64,000 nucleotides of DNA from Rhina ancylostomus (taxonomy: Eukaryota): assembly GCA_030265395.1 (NCBI GenBank), contig JARFYF010000104.1, positions 57,896,858 through 57,960,857 on the forward strand. The letters run 5' to 3'. The notes beneath the pieces are model-generated. The model made no database searches, had not been told where the DNA came from, and saw only the letters and a list, made by a program, of their open reading frames with translations. Positions 51,085 through 64,000 of the stretch are shown here, piece by piece (position 1 is the stretch's first letter; each line of letters opens with the position of its first letter). The translations under genes and the position numbers were made by a program.

Positions 51085-51900
51085 CTTCTATTTTTATTTA
51101 GGCAGGGAATGTAGCCTTTACTGGAAGGTCAGCGACTAATAACCATCTCTCATAGCCCTTTGGAAGATGACAAAGAGCTGCCTTCATGAACAGCAGGGCA
51201 GCTGTTCAAGAAAGCTCTTCCACAATGCTGTTAGGTACAGTCTTCCGGGATTTGGATGCAGCAACAACTGAGAATGGCAATGTTTATTTTCAGTTCAAGT
51301 TGGTGCGTGACATGGATGAAAACTAATAATTGCTAGTTCAACTTTGCATTTTACTTTTCAGATGGTAGATTGTACAAGTTTTCTGTGCATCCATGAGGAA
51401 GACTTGATAAATGGATGCCAAAAATTTTGTCAACAATACACACTGTAGCCATCAGTGGTGCACAGCAGTAAATACTAAGTATGGTTGATGGAAGGAACTG
51501 TTCAAGTAGATTGCTTTATTCTGGAGTATGCCGAGCTTCTTCAGTGTGCTTGGAGCAGAGCTTAATCGAGTGGAGTGAACTATTTCGTAGACCTGCCTTA
51601 CCTTGTAGATTGAAGGACATTGCAAATTGAAGAGTTCAATATGTTGCTGACAACAGCATGCCTCTAATACACTATTACAGTCACAAGGAGGAATGTGGGA
51701 TCCAGATTTATTTCTTGTCAATGGTGATCCCCAGGATGTTGATGGTAGGGGACAGGGCAATAGCAACACTGTTGAATGACAAGGCAAAATATTTAAAACC
51801 ATGTTGGAAATGGTTATTGCTGCATACTTATATGCATCAAATACAACTCGGCACTTATCTTACCAAGTCAGAATATTGTTTGGGTCTTGCTGCACAGATA
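51085..51900 (-). mobile_element. Degenerate CR1-clade LINE (second family)
   Basis: ORF 51452-51802 (SIYKVRQVYE...SAPSTLKKLGILQNKA). Confidence 0.7.
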
Positions 51901-53529
51901 GTCACATTTTCACACTGTGATTATGTGGAATGGGATCCTCTACTAAACCAAATGGTAATCAATCATATCCTGGCAACAGATCTGGAGACAGCCTCTTATT
52001 GTTGCCTCCTCATCTTCATTTTCCCTTATTTTGGGATGACACAAAAGACATTTCACCGTCTGTCACTATACACCTCCAAAGACCCTCCAGACATCTGAAC
52101 TATTGCCTGAAGACCCCTGTGAGTATTTCCATGTTACTTGCAACTCCATGAATTCCACTAAATTAATGACGTTACTAGCATATCATCAGGTTTTCTTACT
52201 AAGTGCTATATATTGAAATTTCTCGATCAATGATCCAGGTAGTTACACACTTTACATAATTCTTTGAAACAACAAAATTAAGTCAGAATTCTTTAAAGTG
52301 TGCTCCACAAACATTAAGAAATATGCAAAAATTTGCATGTCGTGTAGCACAAAAAAAAGCTGGGAACAGCTGCTTATTATCAAGGTGTTACACTACAAAT
52401 CTGCTCATTATTTGTGGTAGACTGGTTTGAAAAATAATGAAGGAGTGTATATTGGTGGGGGTGTGGTTTTGGGACAGGTATGAACACTGCTGACTAAATT
52501 TCATTATGGAAATAAATTATTCAGTATATTTCCTATTATGAATGCCATATTAGAGATATTTATTCTAAATCCTTTTCTCAGAATGATGCCATTCTTTCTG
52601 TGTTTGTATGCAATGGAACAGTTTTGTGACTGATTATTAAATGAAGGATCTGTTTTTCCTTTGCATTGCTTTAGACAAATATCAAACATACATAAAGGTG
52701 CAGTACATTGTGAAATCCTAATGAAAATCTCCACCACGTGTTTTGGACAGAGTTGTAATTGCCTTCACAAATTCATTAATCAATGTTGCTTTCTCCAGTT
52801 TTATTTGCCACAAGTACCATTCTGCATGTAATACCCCAGCAACATTGATTGAATCAAGTTTCAAGCCAATCTCTCTCTTCAAACCTTGTTCATTAGTGGC
52901 AGCAGCATTAGCTGACTAAAAACTGAAATGCTTCCTTTAGGTTTAATCTACAAAATAAAGAAATGATTAGCAATGATTGCATCCTCTTGCCAAAAAAATG
53001 CTTCAGATCGTCAATGCTAGCAGGTGGCGGATGGTAGTGTTTACTGCAAAATAGAATGCTCATTGTTTGCATGGAACAAATCACAGCACATGGCACACTG
53101 GGGCCAATCTTTGAAAACAGCTGGCATCCTGTGAGAAACGTATGCAAGCATGCACAGGCTTCCTGTTTGTTCACGTAATTGTTACACAACTATTTTCTAT
53201 GTTTATGAGCAGTTCTTGAAGCAGCATAAATTAACGCCTGACCATTGTCCCTTGTGCAATATATCGCTGAATTGAATAACATAACAAAATTAAGATACGT
53301 AATTTAGCAATAATCAAAACATCCCAAAGGGTATGGTACTCCTAGTATTGAATTAGCATTGGACTTATCAACATCCAAAGCAAACAATGGTGAACCTTGC
53401 CCTCAAACCACAAAGAAAAGGTAGCATGTCGATAAAAAAAACCCACACCGTATCGCACAATGGTTACATAATCGACTACCCTGTAACATCTAAGTTGAAA
53501 TTAAACTGTCAGATTCTGAGCATGAGCAC

Positions 53530-54810
53530 ATTCAAGAGATCAATAGTTTCAGGGAATTACCTGGTTAGGGGAGCAGATAGAAGTTTCTGCATTCACAAAT
53601 GTGACTTGAGGGTGGTGTGTTGCTTCCAAAATTGAGGGCATCACTGAATCCTTGCAGAACATTCTGAGGGGGTTGTGGGGGTGGGAGGGTGAACAGCCAA
53701 AAGTTTAGATCTATACTGGTATCAGTGATGGGTGGAAAATACTATAAGGTCCTGAAGACAGATTTCAGGAAGTCAGGGAAGAGATTAAGAANNNNNNNNN
53801 NNNNNNNNNNNNNNNNNNNNNNNNNNNNNNNNNNNNNNNNNNNNNNNNNNNNNNNNNNNNNNNNNNNNNNNNNNNNNNNNNNNNNNNNNNNNNNNNNNNN
53901 NNNNNNNNNNNNNNNNNNNNNNNNNNNNNNNNNNNNNNNNNNNNNNNNNNNNNNNNNNNNNNNNNNNNNNNNNNNNNNNNNNNNNNNNNNNNNNNNNNNN
54001 NNNNNNNNNNNNNNNNNNNNNNNNNNNNNNNNNNNNNNNNNNNNNNNNNNNNNNNNNNNNNNNNNNNNNNNNNNNNNNNNNNNNNNAAACAAAGCAAACA
54101 ATAGTTGGAAAACAGACAAAATAACTCTGGCAGTGCTTAACGTTCTATATTGAAGTGCAAGGATTTCGGTGAACAAGGCAGGTGGGCACATTTACATATG
54201 GAAATATGATATTACTGAAAATGGCTCGAAATGCCTTGTTTTCAGACAGGGTGGGGGGTAGATAGAGGAGTGGGATGGCAACATTGGTTAAAGAAAAGAT
54301 CATAGCTGTATGAAGTGATATCAGGATTATTAAACCAGATTATTTGGACTGAACTAATCAATGTAAAAGCTGGCCAAGCTATTGACAACTGACATGGGGG
54401 GTCTGATTCATTGAGCACTAAAGTCAGAGAAGTACAAGGCAAATACATTTCAGGAGGCAAGGGAATATACAATAAACGGGACGGTTCTGAGGGGTGTGGA
54501 GGAACACAGAAGCCGAGTATGACAGATCCCTAAATGCAAAGGACAGGTCTAGAGGGTGGCTAAAAAGATTTATGGGTTGAAGTATTAGCTGACGTGTAGA
54601 AAAAATGAGGGCAGAGTTTGTTTTTGCTAGAAGCTCAGACCACACTAATCACAACCAGTTAAATCACAACTTGAATGCTGTGTACTATTCTGATTATCTC
54701 ATTATAGGACTGATGTAGTTGCACCAGAGAGTGTTCAAAGGAAATTTATGAAGATCTTGCCAGGACTGGAAATTTTTAGCGCTAAAGAGAGTTTTGTTTT
54801 CCTGAAGGGG
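53530..54810 (+). mobile_element. Degenerate, internally deleted CR1: ORF1 SGNH-esterase region, gap, ORF2 start, then late RT region
   Basis: SIVSGNYLVRGADRSFCIHKCDLRVVCC resembles CR1 ORF1 GDSIVRGTDRRFC...RMVCCLPG; TGAATGCTGTGTACTATTCTG...AGAGAGTGTTCAAAGGAAATTTA resembles EYCVQFW...LERVQRRF. Confidence 0.75.
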
Positions 54811-56829
54811 CTGAGCTCCAGATTCCTACTTCTCTGAGTGATTTTCCTTCTTTTTCTTCTCTAATCCTTTTACTTAAATCTACCCCTTAGGTTTTGGCCC
54901 TCCCCACTAAGGGAAATAAGTCTTTCCTATTTAATATTTAGGTCCCCATACTTTTATGTACCCTAATTAAGTTTCTCCTTAGTATTTGTTTGACACAGAG
55001 ATTCTGGGATGTGCTCTCTGAAAGGTGGTAGAGAGAGAAACCACCATGTTTCATACCTGCATTTGAAGAGCTGTGATCTGCAGGGCCATAGATAAGTCTG
55101 TTTAGCATGATTAGGCTGGTTAGCTCTTTTTCAATGGACATAATGGACCAAAGGGCCTTGTGTTGTAAATTACTGATTCTTAAGAATTGTACACATCTCC
55201 AATCATTTCTTGCTCAAAGTTTACAATAACAACTGGAGCAGGGAAAACCTGTTCTTACAAAGCAAGCTTGTTGATATCAGAATACTTGTCTCAACACATC
55301 CTGCAAATTTGTCAGAACAGTTTGATCTGGCCAAAGATTTTACTTTAATAATAATTTGGCGATGCATACATTTTAGAATCATGGGCTACTTAGCCAATAT
55401 TATCCACACCAAAATTATTCGTAACTCCTACAAATCTTCTACAGCCAAGAACACAAAGGACATCAGAATAAAATCAAGAACTGTCAAATTCATTACTGGA
55501 GAATTGTTCTACACATAATGTAAGCAGTCACAATGCGACATGTTTTCAAGATAAGCCTATGTTACCACTGAGTTCCAAGAACAGCATTTTCAGCACCCCT
55601 GAGACAAAATTCCAGGTAAAACTGAATAAATGAAATGATACATTTAACAGCTTTCGATTACAATGAGCAAATGTGACATTTACAAGACCAGAAATAAAAT
55701 GTGACACAGTGTGATAATTTGAGAAACCATTGAAAAATGTGGCAATTCCTCTCCACCAAAATCGCTTAAATTTCTGCAGTCCAAAATCAAAACAAAATGC
55801 TTCATTTTGATAATTTAGCTTCATGAGCCTAGAAGTGTAAGATTTTGTAAGACCAGAATGTTCCCCAAAATGCATGCCTATTGTCCTTCAATGCCACAAC
55901 TTTACATGATCATTATTTCCTGAAAGACTATGGTACATGGAGTTCAATGTCTCTACAAAAAAAACTCCCTCTGGGGACATGTTGCTTATCTCCATTTTTT
56001 TCCCTACAAGGCCAGTTTATGAATGGCTGACGTCTTCCAAAAGAGCTATTTATAATGCAGAGGAATCATCCCCACAGTTGCCTGGGGTTCTCCCTCCATC
56101 ACCTCCTCCATTGCCCATCTGCCTTAAATTCACCCAAGTGCAATCGTTATCTCCCCATACATCATCTCAGCACCTACAAGAAATTGGACTTACTTTGAGC
56201 AATGCAACTGCTATAGACCTTCAGTAGCTGCATGATGATATTATAATCTTGCAGCAGAGAATGAAAGTAGACTGGAAATAGTTAGCTAGCTGGCTCTGTT
56301 GTTAATCTGCTGACCGCAATGCTTTGCAACTAGGCACTGTCTGCCAGCATCATTTTATTTGGGGGCTGACCTTGGAGGTTTCTGTGAGTGAATCTTACTC
56401 ATCACAATTGCACATTATGAGTCACTAGATAACCCAGAGTATTGGTCATAAATTAGCTCATTGTACTGTTATTTCACTATGCAAGTATACATTCTATTTT
56501 TCTTCAAAATGCTTGAGATTTTCCCATATAAAATTAAATGAAACAGCTCAATAAACATAAACTAATCTTGTGTCTGTGTATACTATGAATTCACAAAACA
56601 CTGCACAAATAGTCTATCATTATTCCAATTAAATTCTTTTGTTCTTTCCTTAAAAATGGTGAGATTGGGGGTTGGGCAGAGTTGTAGATAGGAGGTAAAT
56701 AATGCCGAGATAACCACAATCTCCCCATGCTTCCTCACAACTGATTCTAGGTTTCACCTTCAATTACTTCTGTCATCCTCTTCTTTTCTCCTCATGCTGG
56801 CGACTCAATTCATTAAATGAATTATGGCC

Positions 56830-57160
56830 ATAAAGAAATACAGCACAGAAACAGGTTCTCTGACCCAAAGTCTGTGCCGACTATCAAGTACACATACTTA
56901 CAATCAAGTACCAATCCCAACCCATTTTATTCTCCAATTCCCATCGACTCCCACCTCCTCCCAGATCCTACCACTCGCAAACACACAAGTAGCAATTTAC
57001 AGTAGCCAATTAACCTACCAACCAGCACATCACTGGATGTGAGAGGAAACCCATAAAGTCACAGTGCAAATTCCACACGGACAGCACTGAAGGTCACAAT
57101 TAAACCTGGGTCACTAAAGCCATGAGGCAGAGCTACAGTAGCTGAGCCACTATGCCACCC
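56830..57160 (-). mobile_element. Degenerate V-SINE (HE1-like) with CR1-type tail
   Basis: GAGAGGAAACCC...GCAAATTCCACACGGACAGCAC...AAACCTGGGTCACT...GAGCCACTATGCCACCC. Confidence 0.75.
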
Positions 57161-58339
57161 TATATTTAAAATTGAACTTGCATTACATCGTTTATTGTTA
57201 AATAATCCATATTTCTGCAGCTCGCTGCTTATTTACTTGAAATAGACAAAAGAAATTTGTTTGCCTCCTGCCAATTAGTCTAAAGATTTTGTATACAGTA
57301 CAACTTTAAATTATGCTAAACATTAATTCTTCATTTAGTTCAAAAATCCTCAAGATTAAAAAATGCACATCTTAGTACTCATGGAAGTTATTCTGTTAAC
57401 TATTATGAAAGAGCTCTTAAAACATTTATTTTCCCCGAGTAACATATTAAGAATACCTAAATTTACCTATTTCCTGCTTTTATTGTGTAAAAGTATTTTG
57501 TATTTAATTTAATGTTGAAACGTCTGTGAAAACATGGAACTAAGCAATTTCAGACAAATGTATTAGGTGCTTAGATGCTAGTGTTCCCAGTCTTCATAAT
57601 CTCAAGAGTAGCTTTAAATTTTTATTCAAATATTAGATATTCATGTCCTACAGTTTCAAAATTTATACCAAGCAGAAAAATTAAGGTCAGTGTTTAAAAG
57701 TAATAACACAAGAAGGGGAGAGGGGCATTAATCATTACCTCCAACAGACCTGCATAATGTATTAGGAAGCGCCTCCAAATTACAGGCAGATTTGCAGTAG
57801 TTATCAAAGTCATTGCACGCTTGAACACATAGCATGTTCAGTAATGTTACCACTGGTGCATTATAAAACATAAAAATCATTTAGAAACTTGGTGTGCTAT
57901 TCCTGATGCAGGCATTAGTTATAGCATGCCAGCATGACATAAAGAATAGTAGCAGGGATGATTACAGCTGATCCAGTCAGAGATCTGCTTTACCAAACAA
58001 GATTATTCTTCAGTCATAATGCAGGATTCTGTGACTAAAATCTCTTACAATTTAAATATAGTGGGATTGGGATTATGTGTCCCAACAGCATGAGGTGTTA
58101 TAAAAAGCTACTTTTCTAAACTATACCTTTATTGTTGGCAAAGAATAAATCATAGAACAGAATGTTTGACATCGTGTGGAATTTGGCCATTACTAAAACC
58201 CATTAAGCACTATTCAGGGAGATCCTTGAGCTTATGATGCACTTTTTAAATTTATTTAGACTTGTATAAATGTTTGAAGTGTGGGCCCAAGTGTACGCAT
58301 AGTCGTTTTAATTTTAACCATTATTTCAATTAATTTTCT

Positions 58340-59360
58340 TCAACAGAGGCCTGCCAGCTCCCTTCCACTATCACCTCCCTTTGCTTCGCTGAACTTGTTC
58401 CTATATTGAACAACTTCCCGTTTAACTCCATTCACTTTCTCCAAATGAAAGGTGTAGCTATGGAAATGTTATGGGATATGAGGTACAGTCCTCATTTCAA
58501 TCTTAATCAAGCATCATATCTCAAAGCTTTTTCCAGTACATTGATGACTGCATTGTTACTACGTCCTGCACTTGTACACAACACAAAATTGTCATTATCT
58601 TTGCTGCCAATTTCTTCTGCTCCTGCTTTGACATGGTCAGATATAGACATTTTCTTGACACCTCAATCTACATTGTATGGGATAGGTTAATGACCAATGT
58701 CCATTAAAAGTCAGATTCTCACAGCAACTGTGATACACCTTCTGCCACCCTACTTCCTCTAAGGACTCTGTTGATTTTTCTTAGCTTCTTCTTCTCAGTT
58801 GTCTTCTGAGATGTCTTCCCTTCAACCATAGTTATCAGGACTCTCAACCATGCCACCTCGATTTCTTGCAGTTCTACTCTCACTGTCTTCTCCCAACTAG
58901 AGCAAGGATAGAGGTCCCCTTGTCCTCACATTTTCCACAACTAATGGTTCATCATCTGAAATATATGTCACCTTCAATGTGATTACACCACAAAATACAT
59001 TTCCCCCTCCCTTTTCAGAATTCTTAAGGGACCTTTTCCTCTACAACTCCCTGGTTTGCCACTACCATCCCACCGACTACTCCCCTTCTCATGGCACTTT
59101 CCCATCCAATCACTGTTCCAACAAAGCCCAATATGAGCACAAAGAACAGCAACTTATCATCTGTCCGGGCATGTTGCAACCCCTGGGACTCATTAATGAA
59201 TTCAACAATTGCAGATAAATCAGCCTTTCCTGTTTGTGTCAGTTCTGATGTATGGAAATTCACCTGTAACAAGAAATCTATTTTTCTCTCTCCAGTGATG
59301 CTACCTGACCTGCTGAGCACATCCAGGGTTCCTTTTTATTTCAGCTTTCCAGCAACTCAT
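58340..59360 (+). mobile_element. Penelope-like element relic (RT fragment, deletions, terminal repeat)
   Basis: AELVPILNNFPFNSIHFLQMKGVAME corresponds to the PLE RT motif L.LNNF.F...FLQ.KGVAMG; ends with TTCTGATG...GATGCTACCTGACCTGCTGAG. Confidence 0.88.
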
Positions 59361-61297
59361 GTGTTCTACATCTCATAGTTCTTGCACCTTTTTCCACTGT
59401 CACTTAGCTCATCTTCCTCCATTTATGCTCATCCAAGCAAGACGTCTGTTTTTATATTAAGTGGCAGTGCAATGTAGTCGCCACAACGAGGAGGAACAAG
59501 GATATCATCTAACAGAGAGCAAAAACAATTATTTCTAGTTTTAAAACCATTTGCAAAATCCTTTAATTTATTCAATGCATCTTGTTAGTTAATTGACAAG
59601 TATATTAAGTGGAAGCAATTCTGGGTGAACGTTCAAATCCTAAAAAAAGGTTCTGGATGGAATCTAAGCCTGATGGCATTAAGCATTTTCTTTAACCCAT
59701 GAAGCACGCTGAATGATGTGAAAAATTATGGGGAAACATTTCTTCCACAACATTAAATGACTTTCATACACGAGGTAGAATTCCGGGAACATTTATCTCT
59801 GAACCTGCAAATCCTTGCAAAAGACCATAATAATTTGTACGTATAAATGAATATCAACTCGGCTGTAGATGCAGTCTTGTAATGACTTTCATTTTCTAAT
59901 ATCTAGGGTCAATAAATTAGGTTTAAAATAACACACCTTACTTATAACAAAATGTGAAAATAACTTTCACTTGGTTACATACAGTAGTGATGGATTAGTG
60001 ATTGATTCAATTAGTGACGGATGGTGTTCTGATGACATGAGCTACAACTGCAAAGTTCAAGATAGACAGAACTTTTAGATTCAATTATGAGGATGGTTTT
60101 TATCACTTAAAATCTAATTGATTTTACATTTCTAGCTGTTCAGAACAGTTTTGGTTGTAAAAGTTATTTATTAGTACAACAGGAATCTAATCCAAATGAC
60201 ATTAGTGAAAAGATGCCATGTGACTCATTCTAATTATGCCTGACTTTTTCCATTCAAACAATACCTGAAATTCCAGCATAAAAACACAAAACAAAAGCAA
60301 ACAGGAATAATACTTTGCTACTGCTTTTTATGATGTCCTGGAAAAATGTTGGATATATTCTCATTGTCAAATACCCATTATCCTTGACGGCAAATTACAT
60401 AGGCTTTCACTCCCAGAGTAGACCTTCTCTTGACAAACAGCAGCAAGATTTGGGGGCCAAGAAATTACAGCTCTCATTTCTTTCATGCTCCTGGAGTGCA
60501 AGCTCAATGGATTTGCCTCAACATAAATAATTAATAATCCCAAATATAAGTTGATATTCATTGTGATGTCAAAAAAAACCAGGTTCCAAATCATTGACAC
60601 ATCACTTTTTCCAGTTGCATGACAATGATCTTAAAAGAAAGGAATCAAAATCAAAACTGAAAGATAACTGATTTGAAACATTAATGCTCTTTCTCCATAG
60701 TTGCTGGCTGACATGCTGAATATTTTCTGTCTTTCTATCAAAACCATTGCAAGTATACACCTTCTGAGATCTTATGATTCTCCAGTAATCTCCAAATTGT
60801 TACTTAATTAAAGCTGAAAAAAAAGGGACTGAAGAATTCCGCACCCCCCCAAAAAAAGTCCAATTTTAAGGGTTGCAACGATATGCAAAATCACCAACTC
60901 ATTCTTATAACTCGGGGCTGTACACTGCTTCCTCATATTAAATGACATCCACAATTTAGTCAGATACTTTTCATTTTTGCCTTTCCTCTATAGAGGAAGC
61001 AATCATGCTCAATAAAGTGGAAGAGTAAAACAATAAACAAAGAGGATGAAAGAAATCAATGCAGGCACATTTGGGTATCAGCAGCAGCTTCAGTATGTAC
61101 TTCGTGATAGACTATTCTTCAAAACAACCTATTGGGCCATTATCATGTTGTGGTACTTGATTGACCAACTTTTCCACAGCTTGATGATGATATCATTCTG
61201 GGGCCATCAGAGGGGTCTCCTTTATTGAACCAGTGTAAAACTAACAAATTAATTAATCAGTGAGACTAAGACTGTTCCAGTAACTCAAAAAAACACA

Positions 61298-61864
61298 TTA
61301 CTTATGTTTCATACTTCTTTTCTCATTAACAAGCTTAGTGATCTTAATCCACATGAGACTTGCTTTTAGAGGAAAGCTCTCTGAATGTTGTCCATTAGCG
61401 CAGTCATTAAGGAGAGTGCTATGCACAATGTTGAAGTGGAAGCTTCCATGGCAGTGCCCACAAACCATTTGTGGATTTCCTTGCTTGTCAGTCTCCCAAA
61501 ATTGCAGGGCATCATGCAATGGAGGATAATTTGAGAGGCATCTGCATAAAGCTTCCATGCTGGAGATTCTAAACCAGTTAAATCTCTCATTGATGGATTG
61601 GAATGGCCACTTCTGCTCAGCAATCCCATTAGTTGGTGAAGCATGGTGAGGTTGTATGTAGAAGTGGGAAATGGCTGAAAATGGAGAGAGATGATAATCC
61701 TTATGGATCAAGATGACAAGACACCAAACCCTCCTGTCAGGCTCCTCTAATTGTGTGCGGCCAGGCTGCCTTTGCAGTTGTGGGAGGGCAGGACTCTGAC
61801 ACCATCTCTCCAAGGACCTTGGTGCAGGGCACAAGAAACATGTCAGACCCAAAGGATTAAACAC
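61298..61864 (-). pseudogene. Possible highly diverged Gypsy-type integrase relic within a 188-codon ORF
   Basis: ISHFYIQPHHASPTNGIAEQ...MEALCRCLSNY loosely resembles IxH...PYHP.SNGLAER...L.RFL..Y; catalytic Asp residues not recognisable. Confidence 0.3.
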
Positions 61865-62939
61865 ACTGCACTCAACTAATTAGTGTAATCCTGCTGTTCA
61901 GGTAACATGCAGGCAATTTTAAAGTTTGAATTTTCCATAGAAAAGCTTTGAAAGCAAGGGTTATTTCCCATATAAGCAAAATATACTCCAAGTCATACAG
62001 CCAAAATCCGACATTGAACTCCCGAGTCACACAAAGTCTACAGTACTGGTACAGGTTATTTGATTTATGCTGGTATTTTTGCTCCATAAGTCTCCTTCTA
62101 GATCTTATCTCACCCCACTATTTCTTTCCCCTATGTGCTTACCTTGCTTTCTTTTAAGATACTAGAATCTATTAATCATATCTACTCCTTGTCGCAGCAA
62201 GTTCCACATTACATCAATAATGATCATTGTTTTAATAAAATCAACTGATCAAAAGATGATTATTAAGCTGAATAGCAGTTGTATTTCTTGGGGCATTAGA
62301 ATGACTATTTGCTAGTTTGTAATTGGAAAACACCATGCACACATTGCGTTCAATGGCCAACTGACTTCGGCCAATGAAAGTAGTTTATGAAACAGAAGGG
62401 GTCTGAGGACAGTCTGCTTTGTAGGAACAAATACAGACTCATGCCATAAACACTCAGCAGATTGTACATACCTCCACTGATATTTCAATTTATCAGGCTT
62501 CTGGCCACTGTTCTGTGATTATAACAAAACAGTGAAGATTTTTGATGGGGAACAAGGTATATTGGAAGGCTATTATATGATGTCCTATTACCCTCCAGTA
62601 GGATGATCCATTGACCCACTGTTATTTTGCACTATTGTTCATTGGTCATATCTGTTGCTATGGATGTTAAAATAAAATGGATCATCAATTTATATCAAAG
62701 CTGAAAAATCTGCTTTGCTGTGCTCTATAGTGAAAGGACACTTGGGTCAGTGGTAGGATCCAATATGATGACGCCTTTATTGTATTTGTAGAAATAGGCA
62801 GCATGACCAACTACTGACTGTGTTGTAGGTTTCCTAGCTTGCTTAATAAATTAATCCCACTGAACTTGCCAAAGTAGTACCTATCATTCATTATCTTTAC
62901 TGTACAAAGCCAGATTGAGTAAACTCTGGTGATATTCTT

Positions 62940-63320
62940 TAGAGTTTGGAGGACTGAGGAGAGATCGCATTGAAACTAATCAAATTCTTACAGAGCTTGA
63001 CAGGGTGACTGAAGGGTTTCTCCAGCTGAAGAGTCCAGATGCAAGGGTCACTGTCTCAGAATAAGGGGTAAGGCATTTGGGACAGAAATAAAGTCATTTG
63101 TTCACTCAGAATCTCTGAATTTTTCTATCCCAGACGATTGCAGAGGCAGAGTCATCAAATTTATTCAAAACAGAGATCAATAAACTTTCGGATATTGAGG
63201 GTATCAAAAGATATGGGGGCAGTGCAGGAAAATGACTATAAGGTAGATCAGCCACAGTCTTGATGATAGGAAGAGCAGATGAAGGACCAAATAGCCTTCT
63301 TCTGTTGTAATGTATTTATG
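62940..63320 (+). mobile_element. CR1 3' fragment, followed by an opposite-strand CR1 end at ~63390-63600
   Basis: GAGGACTGAGGAGAGATCGCATTGAAAC...AAGGGTCACTGTCTCAGAATAAGGGG (RRLRGDLIE...RGHSL); CAAGAACATAAGAAA tail at 63390. Confidence 0.8.
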
Positions 63321-64000
63321 AAAGAGAGATGCAAGGAGAGGAAGTACACTCCTGGAAAACGCAATAAAGATAAACAGGAGATTTTTACACAAGAACATAA
63401 GAAAGAGGAGCTAGAATGAACCAATTGGCCCTTTAAGCCTGCTTCATCTTCAATGAGATTATAGCTAATCAAATCTTGGCCTCAACGCAATCTTCCCTTT
63501 CTTTCCCTATACTCCTTGATTTCACTGTAGTTCAAATGTACACTATTCTGCACCTCCAAGGACGCCATCTCCATAGTTCTGGGATCTTCAGGAATCCTAC
63601 CATTCATTAAACCATACAGTTCTTTTCTGCTGCAGCTACATTGTCAATAGGGAGGACGGTGAATTTACTTGCTCATGCAAACAACAAACCAATCTTTTAC
63701 TTTGCATTGCCATAAACTCAAGACTGACTAATGTGGGCCATTATCTGGGGGTAACTTGAAACAATATAATGGCCATAGTAAGCCTGACAGTCTGGCTGCA
63801 AGTTAGGATATGGGAAAACTCAGTCACAGCCATTCCTCGGGAATCACAGCCTAAACGTGCCCTCTTCCTAAAGCCTGCACACTGTAACAGATGTTTGTAA
63901 AAGATGCCTATGGTTAATCTGTCTCCAGAGATGGAAACAGAGAGATCAAGAAAGGGGAGAGAGGTGTCAGAGATGAACCAAGTAAATCTGAGGGCAGGGT

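Noticed and set aside
57070-57090. ACGGACAGCAC, REST/RE1 half-site-like
   Set aside because: Intrinsic to the V-SINE sequence; left half absent.
61330-61730. Plus-strand HERO/R2-like endonuclease reading
   Set aside because: Needs several frameshifts; weaker than the already weak minus-strand integrase reading.
1-64000. CRISPR arrays, operons, prokaryotic defence or retron systems
   Set aside because: Eukaryotic repeat-rich DNA with no regularly spaced repeat-spacer arrays or intact long ORFs.

Overview
Vertebrate nuclear DNA, AT-rich, CpG-depleted and repeat-dense. The repeat set (CR1, Rex1/Babar, L2, Penelope, V-SINE, Deu-domain SINE) points to a cartilaginous fish, probably a batoid; this is inferred from recalled repeat families. 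I found no recognisable host protein-coding exon, rRNA, tRNA gene or CRISPR array, so the window looks like a large intron or a gene desert in a draft assembly with 12 N-gaps. Every ORF I can interpret is a decayed retroelement fragment. The best-supported observations are: a 503-bp solo LTR with a 4-bp TSD; a Rex1 insertion with a 26-bp TSD; about 10 Penelope terminal-repeat copies with decayed hammerhead-ribozyme cores; direct repeats flanking six gaps; an old inverted repeat; a strong CTCF motif; and several unverified microexon or recursive-splice candidates. I did not find a convincing new biological system. Repeat boundaries were read by eye (about +/-30 bp unless given exactly), and family names come from recall, not from a database search.
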